A DNA stretch of 25,051 nt from NCBI GenBank assembly GCA_046757525.1, contig JBHHYI010000051.1:1-25051 (forward strand), in the 5' to 3' direction. Made by a program: the position numbers and the translations under genes. This DNA comes from a bacterium. GTDB lineage: Bacteria; Zhuqueibacterota; Zhuqueibacteria; Oceanimicrobiales; Oceanimicrobiaceae. The notes beneath the pieces are model-generated. The model worked only from the letters and a program-made list of their open reading frames with translations. It searched no databases and had not been told where the DNA came from. Positions 1-7,580 of the stretch are shown in pieces (positions within the stretch are counted from its first letter, which is position 1; every line of letters starts with the position of its first letter).

Positions 1-1
1 G

Positions 2-1783
2 GACACCGTGCGCGTGGAATTGCAGGGAATTGGCATCGCCCTGTTGACGCTGGAGCTGGCGATCACGACCCCTCAGGACGGTGAAGTGGTCTGTGCCGAT
101 AGCGTCCTGGTTGAAGGAAGGGTAAGTGTGAGCGGTGGTTTGCCTCCATTGGCCATGGCTTGTGAAGTCAACGGCATCAGCGCCAACGTGTCAGACAGTT
201 CCTTCTCCGCCACTGTGCCGGTAGGCTTCGGCGAAACTCTCCTGGTCGCTTCTTGCACTGTAATCGACAGTTTGGGCACGAAGGTCAGTTCACGCGATTC
301 AATGAGAATAAGTCGAACCCTACCTCCGTCTTGCCTGGTAGAGATTGTTTCCCCCCGGGACAGCGCTACCGTCAACTCCGACAGCGTTCAAGTGACTGCG
401 GTGACGACGGTGGTCGACGGGACGCCGCCATTCATCATGCATTGCACGATAAACGGGGCAACGGCCGCTGTTGCGGACACCAGTTTTTCCGCAACCATAC
501 CCTTAGTCATTGGTGAGAATGAGATCGTGGCTACTTGTACGGTAGTTGACAGTTGTGGCAACCAGACCGTCTGTTCCGACACCATTACGGTGTTCCGCCC
601 ACAAGTCGAGATTTCATGCCAGGTCGAAATAGTTTCGCCGCTGGACAACTCATTGGTCTGTGCTGACAGCATCACAGTTGCGGGCAAATTGGAGATTGCC
701 AACGCGGCGTCGCCGCTAAAAATCGCCTGTGAAGTCAATGGCCGCCCGGCAGTGGTGACCGACACGTCATTTGTGGCTGTGGTGCCGGTGTCTTCCGGCG
801 ACAATCTTTTGGTAGCTACCTGCACCATCGTAGACAGTCTTGGCAGAAAGGCTACCTGTTCTGACAGCGTCAGCGTTTTTCGTGACGACATCGCGCCTAC
901 ATGCACGTTCTCGGACGAAGGCTCTTTTGTGACCGGCACTTTTTTCGATCTCGAAAGCGGCATTTTTGAGATTAAGGCCGTCAAGCTCAAGAACGCCACC
1001 TTGAGTGTGGAGCCTTTCGCCGTGGGTGCCGATTCCGTCAACTTTCGCGTTGATGCCATCGACCCGAACCAGCCGAAAGGTTTTAGCATCGACGTTGTCG
1101 ATGTCTGCGGCAATGAATTTAACTGCGACCCCATTCTCTTTACTCTGACCACCGACCGTTCCAGCCGGCAATTCGAGTTCTCATTCTACAGCACGGAACG
1201 TTACTTTCGATTGACCAATCATGGCCTCACCGAGATCCGTGTAGATTTGAACGGAAACAAGTTCACCTTGCTGACAACGCCAAATCTCGCCGAACAAAAA
1301 TTGAATGCCTTTGTGATGCCCACGGAAGGAACGATTACAATCGATATGCAGCCTTACCTGCAGGAGGCCGAAAACAGCCTGTGGGTCGCCTTCCACGGCG
1401 CTGCCGGCACCAGTGCAGACCTCATGCTCGTCGATGACGTGCAGGAGGTGGACTATGTCCTCGATTTGGACGAGGTGCCTGCTGACTTTCAACTGCTACC
1501 GAACTATCCTAATCCGTTCAACCCCTCCACTACCATTGACTACCAACTGCCGCAGGCAAGCCGGGTTTCCCTCAAAATCTACAACCTGCGCGGGCAACAA
1601 ATCCGGACGCTGTTTGACGGCCGCCAGCAAGCCGGGGTGCACAGCCTGGTGTGGGACGGCAAAAACGACCATGGGGAAACCGTGGCCAGCGGGATTTACG
1701 TGGTACGGCTGGTAGCTAGCGATGCCACAGCAGGGAAAAGACCGGACTTCGTCCAGAGCCGTAAGATGGCTTTGGTGAAGTAG
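2..1783 (+). CDS. Secreted protein (5'-partial) with three tandem Cys-containing Ig-like repeats and a C-terminal FlgD-Ig/T9SS type A-like sorting domain
   Basis: The frame is open from the window edge (GAC ACC GTG...) and shows no signal peptide, so the true start is probably upstream. Three ~90-aa repeats follow the pattern I.sP.D...V..DS..V...C.vNG....V.D.SF.A.vP...G...lVA.CTv.DS.G. The C-terminus reads LLPNYPNPFNPSTTIDYQLP...IYNLRGQQIRTL...WDGKNDHGETVASGIY...RKMALVK. Confidence 0.85.
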   Translation, partial: DTVRVELQGIGIALLTLELAITTPQDGEVVCADSVLVEGRVSVSGGLPPLAMACEVNGISANVSDSSFSATVPVGFGETLLVASCTVIDSLGTKVSSRDSMRISRTLPPSCLVEIVSPRDSATVNSDSVQVTAVTTVVDGTPPFIMHCTINGATAAVADTSFSATIPLVIGENEIVATCTVVDSCGNQTVCSDTITVFRPQVEISCQVEIVSPLDNSLVCADSITVAGKLEIANAASPLKIACEVNGRPAVVTDTSFVAVVPVSSGDNLLVATCTIVDSLGRKATCSDSVSVFRDDIAPTCTFSDEGSFVTGTFFDLESGIFEIKAVKLKNATLSVEPFAVGADSVNFRVDAIDPNQPKGFSIDVVDVCGNEFNCDPILFTLTTDRSSRQFEFSFYSTERYFRLTNHGLTEIRVDLNGNKFTLLTTPNLAEQKLNAFVMPTEGTITIDMQPYLQEAENSLWVAFHGAAGTSADLMLVDDVQEVDYVLDLDEVPADFQLLPNYPNPFNPSTTIDYQLPQASRVSLKIYNLRGQQIRTLFDGRQQAGVHSLVWDGKNDHGETVASGIYVVRLVASDATAGKRPDFVQSRKMALVK

Positions 1784-1794
1784 GCACAAGGCAG

Positions 1795-1809
1795 AACCTT
1801 CGGAAGGTT
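1795..1809. repeat. Short palindrome AACCTT-CGG-AAGGTT (REP-like hairpin) just after the stop codon
   Basis: Perfect 6-bp stem 11 bp downstream of the TAG; no U-tract. Confidence 0.4.
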
Positions 1810-1895
1810 GCACACGTATTAGCTGCCACCGGTAATTACTGGAACGACTTGAGCGTGATTTAACCGCAGCAAATGTACTTTGGTTTTCAAAATTA

Positions 1896-2035
1896 AACAG
1901 CGAAGCACACTGAAAAATACCGAATTCGAGATTCACCGCCAAGCAAGCTAAGAGTCAACCGCGTTGTTTTCGGTGCTTTCAGTGACCTTCGGTGTTCAAT
2001 TGCTCTTTTGAAATAAAACACCGAAGAACACCGAA
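1896..2035. repeat. Cluster 1 of the 9-bp-periodic inverted-repeat family (TTCRGTGNN)n
   Basis: Three arms in alternating orientation: AACAGCGAAGCACACTGAAAAATACCGAA (1896-1924), TTCGGTGCTTTCAGTGACCTTCGGTGTT (1969-1996) and AACACCGAAGAACACCGAA (2017-2035). Confidence 0.85.
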
Positions 2036-2165
2036 TCACTTACCCCAGTTTACAATCGTTGCGGCATTTCTGTTCTGGAACGATTTTTTTAAAGCAGATG
2101 CTATTTTGTACTGCTTGTTCTGACTCTCACAACCACTAAAAATTGCGGTTTGTTAATAACAATAC

Positions 2166-2194
2166 TTGACTTTCTGCCCCCCTGTTTATATTAG
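2166..2194 (+). promoter_or_regulatory. Putative sigma70-type promoter
   Basis: TTGACT at 2166-2171, followed by TATATT at 2187 (15-nt spacer) or TATTAG at 2189 (17-nt spacer). Confidence 0.4.
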
Positions 2195-2261
2195 TAACGC
2201 TCATACAGCAAATAACTTTTTCCCATTTAGCCCGATCAGGGTGTTGAAGTTTGAGGACCCC

Positions 2262-2306
2262 AGGCACAGCATCTATCCCAGCAGAGGCTGTGCCTTTTTG
2301 TTTTTT
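2262..2306 (+). terminator. Intrinsic terminator
   Basis: 9-bp stem AGGCACAGC (2262-2270) / GCTGTGCCT (2287-2295) followed by TTTTGTTTTTT. Confidence 0.75.
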
Positions 2307-2371
2307 CGTTGCTTGTTTCATGAGCCATGAATATCTTCTCTTTAAAACTTCGTTTTTCATCGAATCTCCTG

Positions 2372-2399
2372 TTGACAAACAACTTGCCTGAAGTAAATT
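2372..2399 (+). promoter_or_regulatory. Putative sigma70-type promoter for the gene at 2415
   Basis: TTGACA (2372-2377), 16-nt spacer, TAAATT (2394-2399); a GGAG RBS follows before the ATG at 2415. Confidence 0.5.
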
Positions 2400-2414
2400 A
2401 TTGGAGTTGAGAAA

Positions 2415-3035
2415 ATGACAAAAGCCATACTTAAATCTTTGATAGTTTTTACTGGGGTATTTTGCCTTTTTTCGCATGCATTTTCACAGGCCTGGCAGTG
2501 GCAAAACCCCTTGCCAACGGGCAATCCCATAACGGCGATTGATTTTGTGGATTCATTGAACGGTTGGTTTGCTTCCAGCGCCGGCACGATTCTGCATACT
2601 TCAGATGGTGGCAACAATTGGGAGATTCAGCATACTGGTGTCGATGCGTTTTTCACTTCAGTGGATTTTGTTGATTTAGAATATGGCTGGGGTGCAGGGG
2701 TTGTAGAGGATATTACTGGAGGTGCCATTGTCCATACAAGTAACGGGGGCGAGGTTTGGACTGTGCAACGCATCGACTCTACGACTGCTTTTGATGTGAT
2801 TACCTTTATCGACCGCAAGCACGGTTGGGCAGCCGGACAAGGAGACAAAATTTTCCGAACCGCGGATGGCGGTGTGACCTGCGAGGGTGTGGAGTTCGAA
2901 AAATTGGGACAGCCGCGCGTGCTATCGATTGCCTTTGTAGACAGCCTGCGTGGCTGGGCAGGCGGAAACAGCTTCACTCCTTTCTTATTTACCAAAGATG
3001 GCGGCAGAAGCTGGCAAGCTGAAACGACGGTGTAG
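2415..3035 (+). pseudogene. YCF48/BNR(Asp-box) beta-propeller secreted protein, apparently C-terminally truncated
   Basis: Signal peptide, then WQWQNPLPTGN, repeated F(V/I)D...GW and T.DGG..W Asp-boxes. It stops immediately after the fourth Asp-box (TKDGGRSWQAETTV*), with too few blades for a full propeller and no sorting domain. Confidence 0.7.
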
Positions 3036-3250
3036 GGAACTTCCGCGCTCATCTTGAGGAAGACAACCCCCGCGGTGTAGTTCTGTTTGGTCCGGGATTA
3101 CAGGACGCTGAAGGGGCGGCAATCCACTTCATCGTGCGCACCCATGGTCAACCGATTCCTGGCCGAGTCCTGGAGCAGATGACCACAGTCAACGGTGGCT
3201 GTCCCCCAAACACCTGCGCGAATCAGCAATTCGGTATTCACGAACTTTAA
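3023..3250 (+). pseudogene. Start-less C-terminal fragment of an unrelated hypothetical protein (not in the ORF track)
   Basis: Frame 2 reads NDGVGNFRAHLEEDNPRGVVLFGPGLQDAEGAAIHFIVRTHGQPIPGRVLEQMTTVNGGCPPNTCANQQFGIHEL*. This is protein-like and, from memory, resembles the conserved tail of a family of uncharacterised secreted proteins. It is preceded by an in-frame TGA at 3020-3022. Confidence 0.6.
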
Positions 3251-3462
3251 GAAGCAGACTCAAGGTAAGTCAGCCACTAAGATAAGCACACTCGATAGCC
3301 GGGTCACGATTATTGGCAACATTGTTTGAGCGGATTTGTCGATAACCTCGATATCGCTCTCAGTTCGGTGTTGAAATTTATCTCTGCCTGCTGCAAGCGG
3401 GGAATTTCTTGGAGGTGAAAAAGATGAGCCTGCCTCGCTAAGATCGGGATATGGAAACGGTT

Positions 3463-3501
3463 AAGCCACCGGGGTAATAACTCGGTGGCTTTCTCTTTTT
3501 T
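3463..3501 (+). terminator. Intrinsic terminator
   Basis: AAGCCACCG (3463-3471) / CGGTGGCTT (3483-3491) stem followed by TCTCTTTTTT. Confidence 0.75.
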
Positions 3502-3845
3502 AAATCACGCTGTTTTCACCTTAAAAATTGTCTAAAACATCCTCATAAAAACAGACAATTCATTAGTTCTCTCGAAGCTTCCTGCTTTTGATAACATGAC
3601 CACCGTACAGACCGCAAGACAGTCAGGCGAGGAATGGATTTACTGATGGACGGTTTGCGAGTAATAAAAAATAGGTCGTTTATCTGGAGTTAAAGCAGAG
3701 TTGATGCGCCTGCCCTCAACGCACGGCCGCCAATTTGGACGTAGCCTTTTTCCCTTGTCCCACCTGCAAAAGATAAAAACGACTGAATCAACGAGCTCGC
3801 CGGACGCGTCTTTCAGTTCCCACTGCGGGCCGCCATCGGCGCGCG

Positions 3846-3893
3846 GTTCCCACGCTCCGGCGTGAGGAATGCAGCCAGGACGCTCCTGCGTCC
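3846..3893. repeat. REP-like double-hairpin element GTTCCCACGCTCCGGCGTGAGGAATGCAGCCAGGACGCTCCTGCGTCC
   Basis: Two adjacent hairpins (TTCCCACGC/GCGTGAGGAA and GGACGC/GCGTCC). It resembles the widespread GTTCCCACGCTCNGCGTGGGAA extragenic palindrome type. Confidence 0.65.
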
Positions 3894-3936
3894 CCTTCTG
3901 GTAACGCATTGTGAAGTACGAGTGGACAATTTGTTC

Positions 3937-3965
3937 TTGACATTCTTTTCCTATTACGCTATTCT
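3937..3965 (+). promoter_or_regulatory. Putative sigma70-type promoter upstream of the RM operon
   Basis: TTGACA (3937-3942), 17-nt spacer, TATTCT (3960-3965). Confidence 0.6.
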
Positions 3966-4130
3966 TAGAGTAATGATGAAGCAGCGGGCCGATCAACAAC
4001 AAAGCTAACCTCAGGCAGGATCGGCGTGTTCATGGGACTGTCGCAGTTTGAATTTGCCTCGCAATATTAAATTTCGTAGATTTCACAAGACCTGAAATCG
4101 AAGAGTTAACAAAACTGGTTGGTGTAGATT

Positions 4131-5447
4131 ATGAAAACCACTCATACGTGTGTAATCGGTGACTCGAGAAAGATGAATGAAGTCCAGGACTCTTCAGTCC
4201 ATCTCATCGTCACCTCTCCGCCTTATTGGCAACTAAAAGACTACGGAACTGAGAGCCAGATTGGCTTCAACGATTCGTATGAAGAATACATCAACAACCT
4301 GAATCTTGTGTGGAACGAATGCAACAGAGTGCTTCACCCGGGATGTAGAATGCTCATCAACATTGGCGATCAGTTTGCAAGGTCGGTCTACTATGGCAGA
4401 TACAAGGTTATTCCGATCCGTACCGAAATCATCAAGTTTTGCGAGTCCATTGGCTTCGATTATATGGGAGCGATTATTTGGCAAAAGAAAACAACCATGA
4501 ACACGACCGGCGGTGCAACTGTGATGGGTTCTTTTCCGTTCCCTCGAAACGGAATCGTTGAGATCGATTATGAATTCATCTTGATCTTCAAAAAACCAGG
4601 ACAAGCGCCCAAAGTGAGCAAGTCCACCAAAGAGCAATCCCGCATTCCAAAAGAAAAATGGAAAGAATACTTCTGTGGTCATTGGTATTTTAACGGCGCC
4701 AAACAAGACAACCATATCGCCATGTTTCCTGTTGAGTTGCCCAAGCGGGCAATTGAGATGTTTACCTTTGTTGGCGAGACGGTTCTTGATCCATTCCTGG
4801 GAAGCGGCACGACTTCATTGGCGGCAATAATTACAAACAGGAACTCCATAGGGTATGAAATCAACAAGGAATTCCTGCCTGTCATCAAAGAAAAGTTGAA
4901 TGCTGAGAAAAACACATTGTTCAGCGATTTTGAGCTCCACGTAAGAGAACAAGCTTTGCAGAAGATCGATTGGAAAAGTGAAATTGAAAAATTGCCCTAT
5001 ACTTTTTCCGATCCAGTGAGGTTTGACAAAAAGGTAGATCCCAAGAAACTCAAGTTTGGCTCGAAGATTAGCGTGGCAGATGGCAAAGCCGGAGCACAAC
5101 GAGAACAATACTACACTGTCAAACAGATCCTCGCTGCGAATCTGATCAAATTGAGCAACGACCTGGTTGTCAGGCTTATTGGGGTCAAACCCAGTCCTGG
5201 AAAATACGAAGCTGCCATTACGTTTTTGACCAACAAAGTATTAAGGAGGCAAGTATTTCTCAAATTTGATCAAACGAAATATGATGAAAAGAACAATCTG
5301 ATGGCCTATGTTTACATGAAGAATAAAACGTTCATCAATGCGCATCTTCTGAAATACGGTTTTGCCGAAATAGATGCTGAATTTCCTTTCAAGTACAAAG
5401 ACAAATTCCAGAAACTACGCCAAGCAAACGTCATCTATGAAAACTAA
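4131..5447 (+). CDS. Beta-class N4-cytosine/N6-adenine DNA methyltransferase with a C-terminal thermonuclease (SNase)-like domain
   Basis: Catalytic motif IVTSPPY near the N-terminus, H.AMFPVELP, SAM-binding VLDPFLGSGTT and GYEIN. The C-terminal ~105 aa contain VRLIGV...LMAYVY...FINAHLLKYGFA, an SNase-fold pattern. Confidence 0.92.
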   Translation: MKTTHTCVIGDSRKMNEVQDSSVHLIVTSPPYWQLKDYGTESQIGFNDSYEEYINNLNLVWNECNRVLHPGCRMLINIGDQFARSVYYGRYKVIPIRTEIIKFCESIGFDYMGAIIWQKKTTMNTTGGATVMGSFPFPRNGIVEIDYEFILIFKKPGQAPKVSKSTKEQSRIPKEKWKEYFCGHWYFNGAKQDNHIAMFPVELPKRAIEMFTFVGETVLDPFLGSGTTSLAAIITNRNSIGYEINKEFLPVIKEKLNAEKNTLFSDFELHVREQALQKIDWKSEIEKLPYTFSDPVRFDKKVDPKKLKFGSKISVADGKAGAQREQYYTVKQILAANLIKLSNDLVVRLIGVKPSPGKYEAAITFLTNKVLRRQVFLKFDQTKYDEKNNLMAYVYMKNKTFINAHLLKYGFAEIDAEFPFKYKDKFQKLRQANVIYEN

Positions 5448-6042
5448 ACTCAAGCTCAGCAATCAGGAGATCAAGGAGTTATTAGGCGCCAAGTCATTCG
5501 ATTTTCCCAAATATGCAACACAAATCATAAACTTAGCGAATCAAAACGCGCAGGGGACGCGCCCCGCTGTAGTTGGGCAAATGAGCGAATTGATTCAACA
5601 ATTTTCCGGCAAAAAAATAGAAGAATGGGAAAAATGGTATTTAGAACAACATCCCGCTGCCATTCAAAACGCCACAGAAAAAATCGCACAGATGATAGAA
5701 AACTTCAGGTCTGTCATGAACCAGATAGATAAACAGATGGTAGAAAACTGGGTTCGAGATCTTGTCATCGTCAAAACTTTTATCGGTTTGCAATTTCATG
5801 AGGCAATTTTGATCAAATTATCCAACCTGCTAAAGACTACATACAGACTCGCTTCCCCAAAAGAAGAATCCAAAGGTATCGATGGTTACCTTGGCGATGT
5901 CGCCATAAGCATCAAACCTGAAACCTATAAATCAAAAAAAGGCTTGCAAGAAAAAATAGAAGGGAAATTGCTTTACTACAAGAAGGTCAAAGGCGGGGTC
6001 ACGATCGATATTTCTGGACTCTCTGAAAGGCTAAATAAATGA
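5437..6042 (+). CDS. MjaI-family type II restriction endonuclease
   Basis: FPKYATQIINLANQNAQGTRP.VVGQMSELI..F.G...EEW..WY, DLVIVKTFIGL and the PD-(D/E)XK-like ESKGIDGYLG...ISIKP.TY. The likely start is the ATG at 5437 (MKTKLKL), overlapping the MTase end by 11 bp. Confidence 0.85.
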   Translation: MKTKLKLSNQEIKELLGAKSFDFPKYATQIINLANQNAQGTRPAVVGQMSELIQQFSGKKIEEWEKWYLEQHPAAIQNATEKIAQMIENFRSVMNQIDKQMVENWVRDLVIVKTFIGLQFHEAILIKLSNLLKTTYRLASPKEESKGIDGYLGDVAISIKPETYKSKKGLQEKIEGKLLYYKKVKGGVTIDISGLSERLNK

Positions 6043-6100
6043 GGCATTCCCAGAACATGGGAACGAGTCAAATCCGTGCAAGCCGCGTTCTAAATCAATT

Positions 6101-6125
6101 TTGCACTTTCGTGCGAGAAGTGCAA
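6101..6125. other. Hairpin/palindrome between the RM operon and the aminotransferase
   Basis: TTGCACTT (6101-6108) / AAGTGCAA (6118-6125) with inner TCG/CGA pairing; could be a terminator or an operator. Confidence 0.4.
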
Positions 6126-6161
6126 CGTAATACCAGAAGAGGTTCTAATGGAGCCGAAATT

Positions 6162-7337
6162 ATGCCCAAGTTTCCTGAATTTGCCGACCGGGTCACTCAG
6201 ATAACCGGTTCTGTTTTCGAAAAATACCGTGCCAGGATGACAGCGCAGGGTGCGAATCTGATCAAGCTGCACATTGGCGACACCTATTTGCCGCCCGCTT
6301 ATCCGCTGTCCGTCGATTCGTCACTTTCGGAACAGCACCAGGACTTCAATCGCTACTGCAACACCTTTGGCATCGATGCGCTGCGAGAAGCGCTGACTGA
6401 GAAATTGCAGACGGACAATCATTTGCCAGTTACCCACGAGAATATCCTGGTCACCAATGGCGCTACCAACGCGCTCAGCATCAGCGTCATGAGCCTGGTG
6501 GAGCCTGGCGAGGAGGTGCTCACCTTGACCCCGGCCTGGCCCTTCTTCTTCGGCATGGTGAAAGTGGCGGGCGGCACCAACATCGAAGTGCCGATTTATG
6601 TCAGGCTATTCGGGGAGCCGCAGTTAGATATTGCCGAATACTTAGACCGGTTCGTTACGCCGAAAACCGTAGCGCTGTATCTCAACACCCCGAACAATCC
6701 CAGCGGCAAGGTGCTCAACCGCGACCAGTTGCAGCAAATCGCCGCATTTGTCCGCAAGCACCGCCTGTGGCTCATCTCCGACGAAGCCTACGACGGCCTG
6801 ACCTTCGACTGCTTGCCGCACATTTCCGTTGCCAGCTTTCCGGGCCTGTTCGAGCAAACCCTGAGCATCTTTACTTTTTCGAAGTCGTTCATGTTTGCCG
6901 GTTTGCGTTTGGGTTACGCCGTAGGCAGCGCAGCAGCCACCAAAAACCTCAACAAGATCATGGTGCACCAGCTTTACAGTCCGTCCACTATGGCCCAGTA
7001 CATGATGGTTGAGCCAGTCAAGACCCGGCAGCAATGGCTGCCTGCCGTGCAAAAGCATTATCAGGAGCTGCGAGATATTTTGGTTGAAAACTTGCAGGTG
7101 GAATTTCACAAACCGGAGGCCACTTATTTCGCATTTTTCGACGCTGACAAATACTTGCAAAAACGCGACTACTGGCAGCTCATCGAAGCGTGCCTCGACA
7201 AGGGCGTCTCCGTAGCACCCGGGGACAGCTTTGGAAAAGATTTCAGCAAATATATTCGCCTCTGTTTTACCGGGGAACCCACGGAAAGACTGGAGCAGGG
7301 TATCGAGAGGTTGAATCGGATTTTTTTGAAGTATTAG
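6162..7337 (+). CDS. PLP-dependent aminotransferase class I/II
   Basis: VTNGATNAL, LNTPNNPSG, ISDEAY, PLP-lysine motif TFSKSFMFAGLRLGY and YIRLCF. The start is probably the ATG at 6162 (GGAG upstream) rather than 6039. Confidence 0.92.
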   Translation: MPKFPEFADRVTQITGSVFEKYRARMTAQGANLIKLHIGDTYLPPAYPLSVDSSLSEQHQDFNRYCNTFGIDALREALTEKLQTDNHLPVTHENILVTNGATNALSISVMSLVEPGEEVLTLTPAWPFFFGMVKVAGGTNIEVPIYVRLFGEPQLDIAEYLDRFVTPKTVALYLNTPNNPSGKVLNRDQLQQIAAFVRKHRLWLISDEAYDGLTFDCLPHISVASFPGLFEQTLSIFTFSKSFMFAGLRLGYAVGSAAATKNLNKIMVHQLYSPSTMAQYMMVEPVKTRQQWLPAVQKHYQELRDILVENLQVEFHKPEATYFAFFDADKYLQKRDYWQLIEACLDKGVSVAPGDSFGKDFSKYIRLCFTGEPTERLEQGIERLNRIFLKY

Positions 7338-7400
7338 AGCCTTTGGGTGTTAAAGCCTGTAAGACTATGGTTATCCATTTTGCTCATCATCACGTTTTGA

Positions 7401-7501
7401 TGTCCTTCCGACCGAAGGGAGGAATCTGGTTTCCCACAAAATTGTTCGTTATTAGCCTTGACCAGATTTCTCATCAGGCATTCGCCTGATTCGAAATGAC
7501 A
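7401..7501. repeat. REP-like palindromic element (TGTC.TTCCGA...GGAATCT / AGATTTCTC...TCGAAATGACA type)
   Basis: Left arm TGTCCTTCCGACCGAAGGGAGGAATCTGGT pairs with right arm ACCAGATTTCTC...TCGAAATGACA. The right arm has an inserted hairpin ATCAGGC-ATTC-GCCTGAT. Confidence 0.75.
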
Positions 7502-7580
7502 AAATGAGTTATTTTGCTGAGTAAACTGGATAACCGTACTGTAAGACACTCAGACCTCCAAACAGTAATAAGGAAACCCC

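Noticed and set aside
3364..3378. TTCGGTGTTGAAATT as a fourth cluster of the 9-mer family
   Set aside because: It matches one arm end, but it is a single unit with no partner arm, so chance cannot be excluded.
3640..4002. 120-aa minus-strand ORF as a possible RM controller (C) protein
   Set aside because: No helix-turn-helix pattern; it reads through the REP-like element and the promoter.
6039..6161. N-terminal extension of the aminotransferase ORF overlapping the endonuclease stop
   Set aside because: The extension is not aminotransferase-like and spans a hairpin; the ATG at 6162 has a GGAG RBS and gives a typical length.
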